This document shows positions 49,160 to 59,510 of a stretch of 64,000 bases of DNA, piece after piece. The notes beneath the pieces are model-generated. The model did not search any database, was not told the origin of the DNA, and saw only the letters and a program-made list of their open reading frames with translations. The stretch lies in assembly GCA_029974275.1 (NCBI GenBank), contig JARKSN010000316.1, positions 17,459 to 81,458 on the forward strand, written 5' to 3'. The position numbers and the translations under genes are program-made. Origin of the DNA: Candidatus Hydrogenedentota bacterium. Its GTDB lineage: Bacteria; Hydrogenedentota; Hydrogenedentia; Hydrogenedentales; SLHB01. Numbering within the stretch: the first letter of the stretch is position 1; every line of letters begins with the position of its first letter.

Positions 49160-49870
49160 CTAGGGATTACGAGGCAGCGAAACAAGTCGCTCCTGGCCAT
49201 GCGGATCAGCACTGGCCAAAAGATGACGCGTCACGTCCGCCAGCGAATCGTACACGGCCTCCGGTTCGAGCGCCTCGAGGACTGCACGGGTGGCGTACCC
49301 CGTCGTTACGCACAAACAGCGAGCGCCTGCCGCGTGCGCGGCCAGCACGTCAAAATGCGTGTCGCCGACAAATGCCATCGCGTGCGCCGGAACGCCAAGC
49401 GCCTCGGCGGAAGCCAGCACCGCTGCCGGGTGCGGCTTCGGATGATTCACTTCGCGCGGACCAATGCGCGACTCGAAAAAATCCAGCACTCCCAAATGCG
49501 CAAGAATCCTTTCCGAATACGTCCGCAGCTTGGAAGTCGCAAAACCAATGCGCATGCCCGATGCTCGAAGCTGCTCCAGCGCCTCGCGGGCTCCCGGGAG
49601 CAGAAAGGTCTTGTCGCACATCACCGACGCGTAGTACTCCCGATACACGCGCGCGCACGTCGCCGGATCGCGCTTCGAAAACAGGGCGAACTGATCCTCA
49701 AGAAGGTGGCCAATAGTGCCCACAAGAGCGTCCCGTTCCGGTCGCGGCTCGCCCAGCGTGTCAAAGGTGTGGAAGAACGACTCCACGATTGCCTCGGTCG
49801 AATCGATGATCGTCCCGTCAAGATCGAAGGTTACGGCCAGAACGCGGTCGTGTCGTGCGGCATTGAGCAT
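49160..49870 (-). CDS. HAD-family hydrolase (phosphoglycolate phosphatase-like)
   Basis: FDLDGTIIDS, ATSK, KPHP, VGDTHFD. Confidence 0.9.
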   Translation of the reverse strand: MLNAARHDRVLAVTFDLDGTIIDSTEAIVESFFHTFDTLGEPRPERDALVGTIGHLLEDQFALFSKRDPATCARVYREYYASVMCDKTFLLPGAREALEQLRASGMRIGFATSKLRTYSERILAHLGVLDFFESRIGPREVNHPKPHPAAVLASAEALGVPAHAMAFVGDTHFDVLAAHAAGARCLCVTTGYATRAVLEALEPEAVYDSLADVTRHLLASADPHGQERLVSLPRNP

Positions 49871-49900
49871 GAGATGAAGAATCCAATGGTTGCGCCAGGC

Positions 49901-50515
49901 CTAATCGATGCGCACGCGGCGGCCTTCGATATGCACACGGCCTTCGGCGATGAGTTGAATGGCCCTGGGAAATAATTCGCGCTCGCAGGTCTGCACGCGC
50001 GCCGCAAGGGCGTCCGGAGTGTCGTCGTCAAGCACGGGCACGCTTGCTTGGAGGATGATCGGGCCGTGGTCGTACTGATCGTCGACAAAATGCACCGTTG
50101 CGCCGGTCAACTTCGCGCCATACGCGAGGACAGCTTCGTGCACGTAGTGGCCGTACATGCCTTTCCCGCAGAATGCCGGGATCAGCGCCGGGTGCACGTT
50201 GAGGATGCGCCCCGCGAAGTCCTTGGGCACTTCCAGCAGACTCATGAACCCTGCCAAAGCGACAAAGTCCACCGGGTGCTGGCGTACGGTCCGCCATAAT
50301 GCCGCGTTGAAGTCCGCACTCGATGCAAAATCCTTGCGGTTGACGACAACGGCCGGGATGCCGTGCCTGCGTGCGCGTTCGATCCCATAGGCGTCCTGGC
50401 GAGAGCTGACGACGCACGTCACCCGCGCGCTCAATTCGCCGCGATCGATGCGATCGACGAGATTCTGCAGCGTTGTGCCGTTGCCCGAAAGCAGTACGGC
50501 GAGGTTTAGCGCCAT
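49901..50515 (-). CDS. purN: Phosphoribosylglycinamide formyltransferase
   Basis: LSGNGTTLQ, LAGFM, LNVHPALIP, GATVHFVD..YDHGPII. Confidence 0.95.
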   Translation of the reverse strand: MALNLAVLLSGNGTTLQNLVDRIDRGELSARVTCVVSSRQDAYGIERARRHGIPAVVVNRKDFASSADFNAALWRTVRQHPVDFVALAGFMSLLEVPKDFAGRILNVHPALIPAFCGKGMYGHYVHEAVLAYGAKLTGATVHFVDDQYDHGPIILQASVPVLDDDTPDALAARVQTCERELFPRAIQLIAEGRVHIEGRRVRID

Positions 50516-50536
50516 GCCCACTCCGTTTTCCGCGCG

Positions 50537-51373
50537 TCACTCCGGCCAGAGACCGGAGTAGACTTCCGTGGCGGGGCCTTCCTGGTAGACGCAGCCGTCG
50601 TCGGCCCATTCAATGGTGAGCGCGCCGTAGACGAGGCGCACGTCGACCCGGCGATCGACGCGCCCGGTGATCATGCTGGCCAGCGCCGAGCCGCACGATC
50701 CGCTGCCGCTGGCCATGGTGATGCCGCTGCCGCGCTCCCAGATGCGCATGACGATGGCGGCGTGATCGATGACGCTGACGAACTCCACGTTCGTGCGCTG
50801 GGGGAACGCCGGATGATTCTCGATTTTCGGGCCAATCTCGGCAAGGTTGACGGCCGTGGCGTCGTCGACGAACACCACGGCATGCGGATTCCCGACGTTG
50901 GCGCAGGTGACTTTCACCTGGCAATCGCCAAGGTCGAGCGGCTCTTCAATCACGCGTCCAGGCGGGCCGATCATCGGAATTTCCGCGCGCTCGAACTTGG
51001 GCTTTCCCATGTTTGAACGAACCGTCAGGACGTTGCCGTCCCGAACATTCAAGCGCACGCGGTTTGGCCCGGCGAGCGTGTCAATGACAAAATCGGTCTT
51101 ATGCGTCATGCCACGCTCGTACACGTACTTGGCGAAACAGCGGATGCCGTTGCCGCAGGTCTCGGCTTCGCTGCCATCGGCGTTGAATATCCGCATCCTG
51201 AAATCGCCCGACTCGCCCGGCAGCACGAGGATGATGCCGTCCGATCCGGCGCCCAGATGGCGGTGGCTCATCCGGCGGGACAACTCGGCGGGATCGGCGA
51301 CCGCATATTTTTCGCCGTTTATAAAAAGATAATCGTTCCCCAGCCCGTGGAGTTTCGTGAATTCGATGGCCAT
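50537..51373 (-). CDS. dapF: Diaminopimelate epimerase
   Basis: FTKLHGLGNDY, FNADGSEAETCGNG, GNPH, TNVEF, WERGSG; second catalytic position reads MASGSG (Ser rather than Cys). Confidence 0.93.
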   Translation of the reverse strand: MAIEFTKLHGLGNDYLFINGEKYAVADPAELSRRMSHRHLGAGSDGIILVLPGESGDFRMRIFNADGSEAETCGNGIRCFAKYVYERGMTHKTDFVIDTLAGPNRVRLNVRDGNVLTVRSNMGKPKFERAEIPMIGPPGRVIEEPLDLGDCQVKVTCANVGNPHAVVFVDDATAVNLAEIGPKIENHPAFPQRTNVEFVSVIDHAAIVMRIWERGSGITMASGSGSCGSALASMITGRVDRRVDVRLVYGALTIEWADDGCVYQEGPATEVYSGLWPE

Positions 51374-51384
51374 ATCGTTGTCTT

Positions 51385-52401
51385 TCAGGAGTTGTTCTGG
51401 GCGTTTTCCGCAAACGCGATCGCGCCCAAAACCAAGCGTTCGATCAAGACGGGAAACGAAATGCCCGCCACCGCCGCCGCCTGCGGAAACAAGGAAGTCT
51501 CCGTCATTCCCGGAATCGTGTTGATCTCAAACCACACAGGTCCCCGGTCGGTCAGTATCATATCACTGCGGCTCAGCCCGCGGCAACCAAGGGCGTCATG
51601 GGCCTTGACGGCATACTCTTGCACGAGGCCCGTCATGTCTTCCGGAATGCGTGCAGGCGTGATTTCTTCAGAAGCGCCCGGATCATACTTGGCGGCGTAA
51701 TCGAAAAATTTCGACGTCAGCGGGCGTATTTCCGTCACGGGCAAAGCCCACGGGCGCCCCCCCGGAGCAACATCCATCACGCCGCACGTCAACTCGACGC
51801 CCTCTAGGAATTCCTCCACCAGAACGGTGTCGCCATACGAAAGCACGTCCAACAAGGCGGATTCAAAATGTTCCGCAGTGTCCGGAATGGCCATGCCAAT
51901 GCTGGACCCCTGGCATGGGCTTTTGATCACGCAGGGAAAACCGATCCGCGTCGTGATCCGGGCGATCGTCTCGTGCGGCACGGAGTCCCATTCGCGCCGC
52001 GTAATGATTTCATGCCGCGCCACGGGCACGCCCGCTTGGCTGACAACGGCCTTCGAACGTATCTTGTCCATGGCAAGGGCGCTGGCCGCGCAGCCCGGAC
52101 CGGTGTACGGAATGCCAAGCATGTCGAACATCCCTTGAATGCGTCCGTCCTCGCCGAAAGGACCGTGCAGCGCGAGGAACACGCAGTCAATCCGCAACGC
52201 CATCAACTGGGGCAAGGCCTCATGCACATCGATGGCAGGCGTTCCGAGCAGTTTCCACTTTCCATTGCGCGTAATCGTGATGGGGGTGACGTTGAATTTG
52301 TCGCGATCGATGCTGCCAACGACCATCGCGCCGGTCTTCACCGAAACATCGTGTTCAGAACTGATGCCGCCCATCAGGACGGCCACGTGATGCTTTCTCA
52401 T
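51385..52401 (-). CDS. ddl: D-alanine--D-alanine ligase
   Basis: GGISSEHDVS, LHGPFGEDG, MDK, GSSIG, FDYAAKY, EINTIPG. Confidence 0.95.
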   Translation of the reverse strand: MRKHHVAVLMGGISSEHDVSVKTGAMVVGSIDRDKFNVTPITITRNGKWKLLGTPAIDVHEALPQLMALRIDCVFLALHGPFGEDGRIQGMFDMLGIPYTGPGCAASALAMDKIRSKAVVSQAGVPVARHEIITRREWDSVPHETIARITTRIGFPCVIKSPCQGSSIGMAIPDTAEHFESALLDVLSYGDTVLVEEFLEGVELTCGVMDVAPGGRPWALPVTEIRPLTSKFFDYAAKYDPGASEEITPARIPEDMTGLVQEYAVKAHDALGCRGLSRSDMILTDRGPVWFEINTIPGMTETSLFPQAAAVAGISFPVLIERLVLGAIAFAENAQNNS

Positions 52402-52567
52402 GTGCAGGGCCACTCCTCCCGCAAACCCACGCCGCTGCATTCTCCCGGCGCGCTATCGCCTCGCCGTCCCCTATCCATGACGTTCGCTATCGTGGGCGTT
52501 GGTGGCCACAGGATAGCACAAAAGCATTGTCGACGCGAAGAACTGAAAAAACGGGAGAATCCGGTAG

Positions 52568-54205
52568 CTACGTCGCAAGCTTGATGATACGCACTTTGCT
52601 GGGAGCATCCACGTGCGTATCGACGGAGCCGTCAGCGCGTTTGCGGTGCTGGACTTTGACCGGACCGAAGGGCGTGGCCATTGAGCCGCTGGCGTATTCG
52701 AGGTCGCCGAGATGCGGGCGCACGCGAACGGAAGCGCAGCCAGGTTCGACCGGCGCAAGGCCGAGCACGTGTTCGATGAGCCATGCCGCCGGACCGCCCG
52801 CCCAGCCGTGACAAAAACTGTGGCGCAGGCCCTTGTAACAGTAGTTGCCGAAGTCGGCATGCAAGTCCTTCTTGCCCGGCGGGACGAGTTCGTCGATGCG
52901 TCCGGCGTTCTCGGTCCATTCGAGTTGGAAGTCTTCCCAGAACGTCGTTGCGCCGCAATCGAGCATCGCGCCCCAGTATTTGCGAATGACGTCCAGCGCA
53001 CCGGTATAATCGCCCGCAAGCGCCCGCGCCTGGAGGACGTAGTAGCCGTAAAAAGTGCTGAGATCGGACAGGGGATTCGCGGCAAGCGTTTCGCGGTTTG
53101 TTTTCTCTGCATCAGCCAAGCCTGCCAGGACAAGCATTGCATTCGCGACTTTTCGCGGCGAGGGCGGGGGGGCATATCGCCGCAACTGTTCCGCCGCCAA
53201 CTGGCATGCCGCTTTCTCCTCGTCGGCGTCGAGAAGGTCGCACAACTCCGCGCCTGCGGCCATCGTCATCGTCATCAGCGCCTGCAAACCCACGTGGATC
53301 GCGCCAGGGTCCTCGCTCGACGGCCAATCGAGAAAACGTCCGCCCGTCAACTGCTCGCGCCCGTCTTCGGCGATATGCGTGCGCAGGTGTTTCAGCAGCG
53401 GCAACAGGTAATCTCGCTGTTTGCGCAGATAGCCGGCATCGCCGTGGAAACGGTGCCACGCATGATGCACCAATACCCACCACATCGAATACGAACTGAT
53501 GCCGTGCATCCACTCGGGCAGCGGCCAATGATCGCGGACATAGTCCAGCGTCTCCTCGACCACGCGCTGCCGCCCGAAGACGTTGCAGATCACCATCGTT
53601 TCGGGATGCAAATCGCCGATCCACGCCAGCCGGTCGCGTTTGATGCCGTCCCACACGAGGTCTTGCATGCAGCAGTGCACGGTGTATGTCGCCGTGCGCC
53701 AGATGGCGTTCAAACGCTCGTCGTTGCATTCGAACGATCCCTGATATTCGATCGGGCGCATCAACGACACCGCGCGCACATGCTTCAGTTCAAGCCGTTC
53801 GTTGGGTTCGACGAGATCGAGGCGCACGAAACGAAACCCCGTGTTGCCAATCTCCGTCTGACCGAACCAGGGGATATCGCAGAGGGTGTTGTGGATTGCG
53901 TGGTCGTTGTCGGTATTACCCATGGCTTCACTGACCGATTCGCCAAAGCGCACGCGCACTTGTATGGGTTTGTGCGACGGCGTTATCGCATTCACGATCT
54001 GCACGCCTCCATGGAGTTCGCGCCCGAAATCCAGCAACAGGCCCGGCTCGCGACCGTCTTTGCTCTCCAGAATGCACATGCCCTCGCCCAACGTCAGCAA
54101 CGAATCCGCGCCTTGCGGGGTCGCTGCTCCGTCCGTCGTCCATACCACGCGGGCGGGCGCAATATACGTTCGTTCACGCGGGTCGCGGGCGGCGTTCGAA
54201 TTCAT
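52568..54205 (-). CDS. Alpha-L-rhamnosidase (GH78)
   Basis: LLDFGRELHGG, DGIKRDRLAWIGD, ATTFWE, SFCHGW. Confidence 0.9.
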   Translation of the reverse strand: MNSNAARDPRERTYIAPARVVWTTDGAATPQGADSLLTLGEGMCILESKDGREPGLLLDFGRELHGGVQIVNAITPSHKPIQVRVRFGESVSEAMGNTDNDHAIHNTLCDIPWFGQTEIGNTGFRFVRLDLVEPNERLELKHVRAVSLMRPIEYQGSFECNDERLNAIWRTATYTVHCCMQDLVWDGIKRDRLAWIGDLHPETMVICNVFGRQRVVEETLDYVRDHWPLPEWMHGISSYSMWWVLVHHAWHRFHGDAGYLRKQRDYLLPLLKHLRTHIAEDGREQLTGGRFLDWPSSEDPGAIHVGLQALMTMTMAAGAELCDLLDADEEKAACQLAAEQLRRYAPPPSPRKVANAMLVLAGLADAEKTNRETLAANPLSDLSTFYGYYVLQARALAGDYTGALDVIRKYWGAMLDCGATTFWEDFQLEWTENAGRIDELVPPGKKDLHADFGNYCYKGLRHSFCHGWAGGPAAWLIEHVLGLAPVEPGCASVRVRPHLGDLEYASGSMATPFGPVKVQHRKRADGSVDTHVDAPSKVRIIKLAT

Positions 54206-54287
54206 TGGGCCTCCATTGAATGTTGTGCGCGCATCGGTTTCGGGAAAAGGCAGGGGGATCCTTTTTCAAAAGAGATTCGCCCGGCGG

Positions 54288-54899
54288 CTATTGTTTTGTC
54301 TTCTTCTCCGTAATCAACACGGGCGTTCCCTCGGCAATGCGATCATACGCTTCGATGACATCATCATTGCGCAGGCGGACGCAGCCGTGCGACGAAGGCG
54401 TGCCGATCTGGTCTTCGGCATTGGTGCCGTGGATATAGATGCACCGCGCCATGCTGTCGACTTTGCCGCCTTTGTTCTTGCCCGGCTCAAGACCGTCGAG
54501 AAACAACACCCGAGTGAGGACGAGATCGTCTCTCGCGTCGTCGCCCGGCTTCCATATCAGGGCGGTGGCTTTGCCGCCGCGAAACACGCGTCCCCACGGC
54601 TCGCCGTTGCCGGTCTTGCGCGCCACCACATGCCAGCCTAACGGAGTTTTGAGACTGTCCATCTCCGAGCCGGATCCATTCCTGGCGGTTGCGCACGCCG
54701 CTTCCCAAGCAACCGTGCCGTTCTCGACGATCCGAAAACGCTGCTCGTCTATCGACACCCATACCGCCGTGCCGGCGCCAACGCGTTCGCTCCACCCGAA
54801 CTCCGCAAGGTGGCGGCGATGCTCCTCGGCAAGCGACTCGCCCGCGCACACAGCCGAATGGCCCAATAGCGCCACGGACAACAATGCAATAGACAACAC
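54288..54899 (-). CDS. L,D-transpeptidase (YkuD family)
   Basis: Signal peptide; TPLG, IYIHGT, SHGCVRL. Confidence 0.9.
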   Translation of the reverse strand: MLSIALLSVALLGHSAVCAGESLAEEHRRHLAEFGWSERVGAGTAVWVSIDEQRFRIVENGTVAWEAACATARNGSGSEMDSLKTPLGWHVVARKTGNGEPWGRVFRGGKATALIWKPGDDARDDLVLTRVLFLDGLEPGKNKGGKVDSMARCIYIHGTNAEDQIGTPSSHGCVRLRNDDVIEAYDRIAEGTPVLITEKKTKQ

Positions 54900-54930
54900 G
54901 TGATTCTCCTATCCTATCCGCGCGAAAACC

Positions 54931-55668
54931 TCATTGTTCGAGCTGGACAACAAGCGGCACATGATCGCTCAGCCACCTCTTGCCATCCTGCAGGAAAACC
55001 AGTCGCGCCCACGGAACGATTTGGAACCCGGCAATCCATTTCGCTGCGGGTTCATCAAGCCAGATTTGATCGCTTCGATCTTTTCCAACGCCCGTCGATT
55101 CCACCTCATGACCCGTCAGCAGGGCCGTGTCGAAATAGCCCCGCTGCATCAGGTAGCTTGACGCAGCGCCCAAGGGCCCCTCGTTGAAATCGCCCGCGAT
55201 GACATGCGGCCGTTCTCCGGCGCGCAACAATCCCTCTAAATCTTCAATGCGCGAACAAGTCGCTGCGTTAGGGCCCAATTGCCGTGCCGACGCCAGATGC
55301 ACATTCGCCAGCGTCCAAACGCCCCCATCCGCCTGCACTTCGGCGATTTGCCACATTCGTTGCGGCGGCGCCGCGGCAGCGCGTCCGTCTGCAAGCAGCC
55401 GGCCCGAACGCCAGTAGAGGCCCCCGCCATACTGATCGTGCACGCACCCGGGACAAAAAGCGCCGTCCATTCCAAGGGCCTCGCCAACCCGTTCGAAAAC
55501 TTCTTCGTTCTGTATTTCCTGCAAACAGACCACATCAGGAGAAAACGCCCGGTACACGTCGAGAAGCCCCTCCAAAACCTCGGGCGCGGGCATTCCCGGC
55601 ATTTCCGGGGCATACGGAGCTCCCTGAAACCAAAAGACATTATGACTCAGCACCGTGAGGCGCGCCAT
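54931..55668 (-). CDS. Endonuclease/exonuclease/phosphatase family protein
   Basis: SHNV, CLQE, NVHL, AGDFN, SDHVP. Confidence 0.88.
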   Translation of the reverse strand: MARLTVLSHNVFWFQGAPYAPEMPGMPAPEVLEGLLDVYRAFSPDVVCLQEIQNEEVFERVGEALGMDGAFCPGCVHDQYGGGLYWRSGRLLADGRAAAAPPQRMWQIAEVQADGGVWTLANVHLASARQLGPNAATCSRIEDLEGLLRAGERPHVIAGDFNEGPLGAASSYLMQRGYFDTALLTGHEVESTGVGKDRSDQIWLDEPAAKWIAGFQIVPWARLVFLQDGKRWLSDHVPLVVQLEQ

Positions 55669-55861
55669 CGAAAACCTCTCAAGAAACCATGGCCCGGGCC
55701 ATCTGCCTGAGCACCCAATCGACCTCGCCGGACGAAAAGCTGTCGACCCATGTGCCGGAAAGATCGAAAATCACCGCGTCGCACCGTATCATCTCTCCGC
55801 TTCGGAATGGGCCCTATCGGGAAAAATCGTTTTTCTGCGATGATTTCCCGGGAGAACGTTC

Positions 55862-57028
55862 CTATGACGCCAGCCCTGCGCCTTCGGCGGGCGCCGACAC
55901 GATCACCTCGCCCGGAAGGCCTGTCGCCTCCCGATAGCGCGCCAGCAGTTCGCGCACGAACGCGTCCGTCGCCCCGACATCGACCAAGCTGACGGCGCAA
56001 CCGCCGAATCCGGCTCCGGTCATGCGCGCCCCATAGCATCCTGGCAAGGCGCGCGCAATCGACGTCATCGCGTCCAACTCAGGACAGGTCACCTCGTAAT
56101 CATCCCGGAGGCTGATGTCCGACGCCGTCATCAACGCGCCCAGTTGAACGGCGTTTCCCGCTCGCATGGCCTCGCACGCCGCCTTCGTGCGCAGGTCTTC
56201 CGTGATGACGTGGCGCGCGCGGCGATACGCGACGTCGGTCATCAAACACGCGGCGCTTTCGAGGTCGCCCTCCGTGAAATCGCGAAGATGCGATCCTTTC
56301 CTGCCCGTGGCGGCGGCCAACGAAGTCACGGCCTCGGCGCATTCGGCGACGCGCTCGTTGTATTTTGACGCGCTCAAGCCTCGCGTCACGCCGGTATTGG
56401 CGATGACAAACCGGGCGCTTTCGAATGCCACGGGAACGAGTTCGTATTCATGGCTGCGGCAGTCGAGAAACAGCGCATGCCCGGCCTTGCCCATGCGCAC
56501 GATAAACTGGTCCATGATGCCGCTGTTGACCCCGATGAACAGGTTCTCGACGCGCTTGCCCAACAACGGACCTTCCGGGCCCTCCACCGCAAAGCCGCCC
56601 ATCTGCTCAAACAGGACCAGCGTGGCCATTTCCAGGCTGGCCGAACTGCTGAGCCCCGATCCGACGGGAACGTCGCCAATGATCATCAGGTCGGCCCCGC
56701 AAAGGGGACGCTGCATCTTGGACAGTTCGAACGCGACGCCGACGACATAGTCGATCCAACCGTTCTGCGCGCTCTTGTCCCACGTCATGAGGCGCGCTTG
56801 CGCCGACTTGTCAAAATTCGCCGCATACGCGTTCAGCACGCCGTCCTGACGGGGACGCGCAAGGACGACCGTCTCCCGTTCGATGGCCATCGGCAAAACG
56901 AACCCATGGTTGTAGTCTGTGTGCTCGCCGATTATGTTGACGCGTCCTGGCGCGCGCGCGATCACCGTCGGCGCAAACCCAAAATGGGCTTCAAACTGTT
57001 TTTGGGCGGATTGAATATCGATGCTCAT
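55862..57028 (-). CDS. galK: Galactokinase
   Basis: APGRVNIIGEHTDYN, PVGSGLSSSA, GIMDQ, GARMTGAGFGG. Confidence 0.95.
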   Translation of the reverse strand: MSIDIQSAQKQFEAHFGFAPTVIARAPGRVNIIGEHTDYNHGFVLPMAIERETVVLARPRQDGVLNAYAANFDKSAQARLMTWDKSAQNGWIDYVVGVAFELSKMQRPLCGADLMIIGDVPVGSGLSSSASLEMATLVLFEQMGGFAVEGPEGPLLGKRVENLFIGVNSGIMDQFIVRMGKAGHALFLDCRSHEYELVPVAFESARFVIANTGVTRGLSASKYNERVAECAEAVTSLAAATGRKGSHLRDFTEGDLESAACLMTDVAYRRARHVITEDLRTKAACEAMRAGNAVQLGALMTASDISLRDDYEVTCPELDAMTSIARALPGCYGARMTGAGFGGCAVSLVDVGATDAFVRELLARYREATGLPGEVIVSAPAEGAGLAS

Positions 57029-57164
57029 GGCATTCCTCTTTCAAGAAAAGGGAAAAACTAGCTCCAAGACGCAACAAACAAGGAAAACACAAAAGAACGA
57101 GAAAAATTTTCCTCAACCTTTTTTGCGAGAACGCCTCCTCGCCTGTATGTCGCCCATCACACGA

Positions 57165-57186
57165 ACGGCGCGCCGAGGCGCGCCGT
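57165..57186 (-). terminator. GC-rich hairpin downstream of the ABC ATPase gene
   Basis: ACGGCGCGCC-GA-GGCGCGCCGT perfect inverted repeat; U-tract weak. Confidence 0.4.
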
Positions 57187-57215
57187 CACGAAAAGCTTCA
57201 TTCCCTCATGGTTTC

Positions 57216-58322
57216 TTAGCGAATGGCCTTTTCCGTTTCCATGTCAAAATAATGGGCGCGGCTCATGTCGACGTCGAGCACGTGCGCTTGATTCACCCTC
57301 GGTTTTGCATCCGCATGAATGCGCGCCGTGATCGATTTTCCCGCGACCGCCAAGTACAAATATATCTCCGACCCCATCGGCTCGACGACCTCCACGTTGG
57401 CCTGGATGCTTGCGCCATCGACCGGCTTCTGATCGATATTCTCGATGAAATGCTCTGGACGGATGCCGAACGCGATCTTCTTGTCCACATACGCCGAAAG
57501 CGCGGCGCGGTGTTTCTCATGCACGATAAGATCGATGCCTTCGACCGCAGTGCGGAAGCGGATCGCGCCGTTTTGCGCATAGATCATGCCGTCGTACATG
57601 TTCATCGGCGGACTCCCGATGAATCCGGCGACGAACTTGTTCACCGGGGTGTTGTATAGATCGAGCGGGCTGGCAATTTGCTGAATGGAGCCGCCCAACA
57701 TCACCACGATCCGGTCGCCCATGGTCATGGCTTCGACCTGGTCGTGCGTCACATAAATCATGGTCGACTGCAACCGCGTATGGAGCTTGCTGATCTCGGC
57801 GCGCATCTGAACGCGCAGTTTCGCGTCCAGATTCGACAGCGGCTCGTCGAACAAGAAAACCTTGGGCTGCCGCACGATGGCGCGTCCCACGGCCACGCGC
57901 TGGCGCTCACCGCCCGACAGAGCCTTCGGCTTGCGTTCCAGCAAGTGCGTGATACTCAGAATCTCGGCAGCCTCGCGCACGCGTTTGTCGATTTCTTTCT
58001 TGGGGTACTTGCGCAGCATGAGACCGAACGCCATGTTCTTGTATACCGTCATGTGCGGGTACAAGGCGTAATTCTGGAACACCATGGCGATGTCGCGGTT
58101 CTTGGGCGGAACATCGTTCACCAGCCTGTCGCCGATGTAACACTCGCCGGCGCTGATCTCCTCCAGCCCGGCGATCATGCGCAGCGTCGTCGACTTACCG
58201 CAGCCCGACGGACCGACAAGCACCACGAATTCCTTGTCTTCGACGACCAGATCGGCCCCCTTGACAGCTTCCACGCCGCCCGGATATATCTTTTTGACTT
58301 GTTTCAGCTCAACGCGTGCCAT
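57216..58322 (-). CDS. Sugar ABC transporter ATP-binding protein (MalK/UgpC/MsmX family)
   Basis: GPSGCGKS, VFQNYALYPH, LSGGERQR, DEPLSNLDAKLR, TOBE-like C-terminus. Confidence 0.95.
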   Translation of the reverse strand: MARVELKQVKKIYPGGVEAVKGADLVVEDKEFVVLVGPSGCGKSTTLRMIAGLEEISAGECYIGDRLVNDVPPKNRDIAMVFQNYALYPHMTVYKNMAFGLMLRKYPKKEIDKRVREAAEILSITHLLERKPKALSGGERQRVAVGRAIVRQPKVFLFDEPLSNLDAKLRVQMRAEISKLHTRLQSTMIYVTHDQVEAMTMGDRIVVMLGGSIQQIASPLDLYNTPVNKFVAGFIGSPPMNMYDGMIYAQNGAIRFRTAVEGIDLIVHEKHRAALSAYVDKKIAFGIRPEHFIENIDQKPVDGASIQANVEVVEPMGSEIYLYLAVAGKSITARIHADAKPRVNQAHVLDVDMSRAHYFDMETEKAIR

Positions 58323-58406
58323 TGGCGATTTGCCTCCCTGGATGGCTTGTACGACCCATGCAAGCCGCAGCAGCAAGCGTCTACCCCCACACTGCCGCAG
58401 GCACTC

Positions 58407-58435
58407 ATGATAGTCGGCGCATCAACCGAAGTCAA
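58407..58435 (-). promoter_or_regulatory. Sigma70-type promoter of the ABC ATPase gene
   Basis: Minus strand TTGACT-17 bp-TATCAT. Confidence 0.55.
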
Positions 58436-58558
58436 GGAACCGGACGCGACAAGCCCGCGCTGACACGGCCAAACGTCTTGGCGCCGGATGGCGCGCCCGA
58501 AGGAACCCCATTTCGCGCTTTCCGCCGAAAGTTCCTAACCGAAGCCTGCCCAACGGCA

Positions 58559-58588
58559 TGAAACCCGATTCTCCCGGCGCCGGTCTAA
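58559..58588 (+). promoter_or_regulatory. ECF-type (probably autoregulatory) promoter
   Basis: TGAAAC-16 bp-CGGTCTAA directly upstream of the DUF4097-sigma-antisigma operon. Confidence 0.55.
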
Positions 58589-58595
58589 CTAAATC

Positions 58596-59510
58596 ATGAG
58601 ATGCATACTGTATAGTCTTCTCCTTGCAGCGGCGAGCGGCGCGGCGTTTATCGCCTTTGCCTTGACGTGCATCGCGCCGTATACAATGCCCTTGGTGGGG
58701 CGGCCTGAGATCGTACGAACCATGACGGCGACGTTCCCGGGCGTCCGTTCCATCGATATCCACAACGAGAACGGACCCGTGCGCGTGCAGACCGGCGCCG
58801 ACCATGAAGTCCGCGTGACGGCCGTCATTCGCGCATGCCCCCTCACCCGGAACGCGGCCCAAAAGGCGCATGTCACGCGTTACGAACCTATGAGTATTGA
58901 GCAAAACGGCGACACGCTGCTGGCGCGCCCCGTTTCCGGACGGATCGCGGAAGACGTAAACATCGCCGTTGACTACGCCATTGAAGCGCCTCCGGGAACC
59001 GACATCGCCATCGAGAACGTCAACGGCAACGTGAAAGTGACTGGCTCCTTCGGCGCGGTCAACGTGTCTGGACAAAACGCCGACGCCGAATTGACGGCCC
59101 CCCAGGGAACCGTGACCGTTCGCACGCTGAACGGGCGCGTGCGCCTGACGGACGCGGCGCAAGGAGCCGACATCGAAACCGTCAACGGAAACGTGTACGC
59201 CCACGTGACCGGCGGCGCGTTGCGCGCCGAAACCCGCAACGGCCTTATTGTCGCCCGCGTGGCCGATCCCTCTGTCACGGAATGCAACTTGACCACCCTC
59301 AACGGCGGCATTACAGTGGTCCTCAGTGACCCATGCTCCGTCGCAGTGGACGCAAAAACCCAACACGGCAGAGCCCGGTCCGACTGGCCCGTGATGACCG
59401 GCGCCGAAAATGTCCTTCAACGGATTGCCGGGACGATAGGATCGGGAAATATGCCGCTTCGGATGGAAACCGTGAATGGGAATATTTGGATTGCGAGGGA
59501 TACGTCATGA
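58596..59510 (+). CDS. DUF4097-family beta-strand repeat protein
   Basis: N-terminal hydrophobic segment; repeated ENVNGNV / TLNGRV / TVNGNV / TRNGLI / TLNGGI. Confidence 0.85.
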   Translation: MRCILYSLLLAAASGAAFIAFALTCIAPYTMPLVGRPEIVRTMTATFPGVRSIDIHNENGPVRVQTGADHEVRVTAVIRACPLTRNAAQKAHVTRYEPMSIEQNGDTLLARPVSGRIAEDVNIAVDYAIEAPPGTDIAIENVNGNVKVTGSFGAVNVSGQNADAELTAPQGTVTVRTLNGRVRLTDAAQGADIETVNGNVYAHVTGGALRAETRNGLIVARVADPSVTECNLTTLNGGITVVLSDPCSVAVDAKTQHGRARSDWPVMTGAENVLQRIAGTIGSGNMPLRMETVNGNIWIARDTS

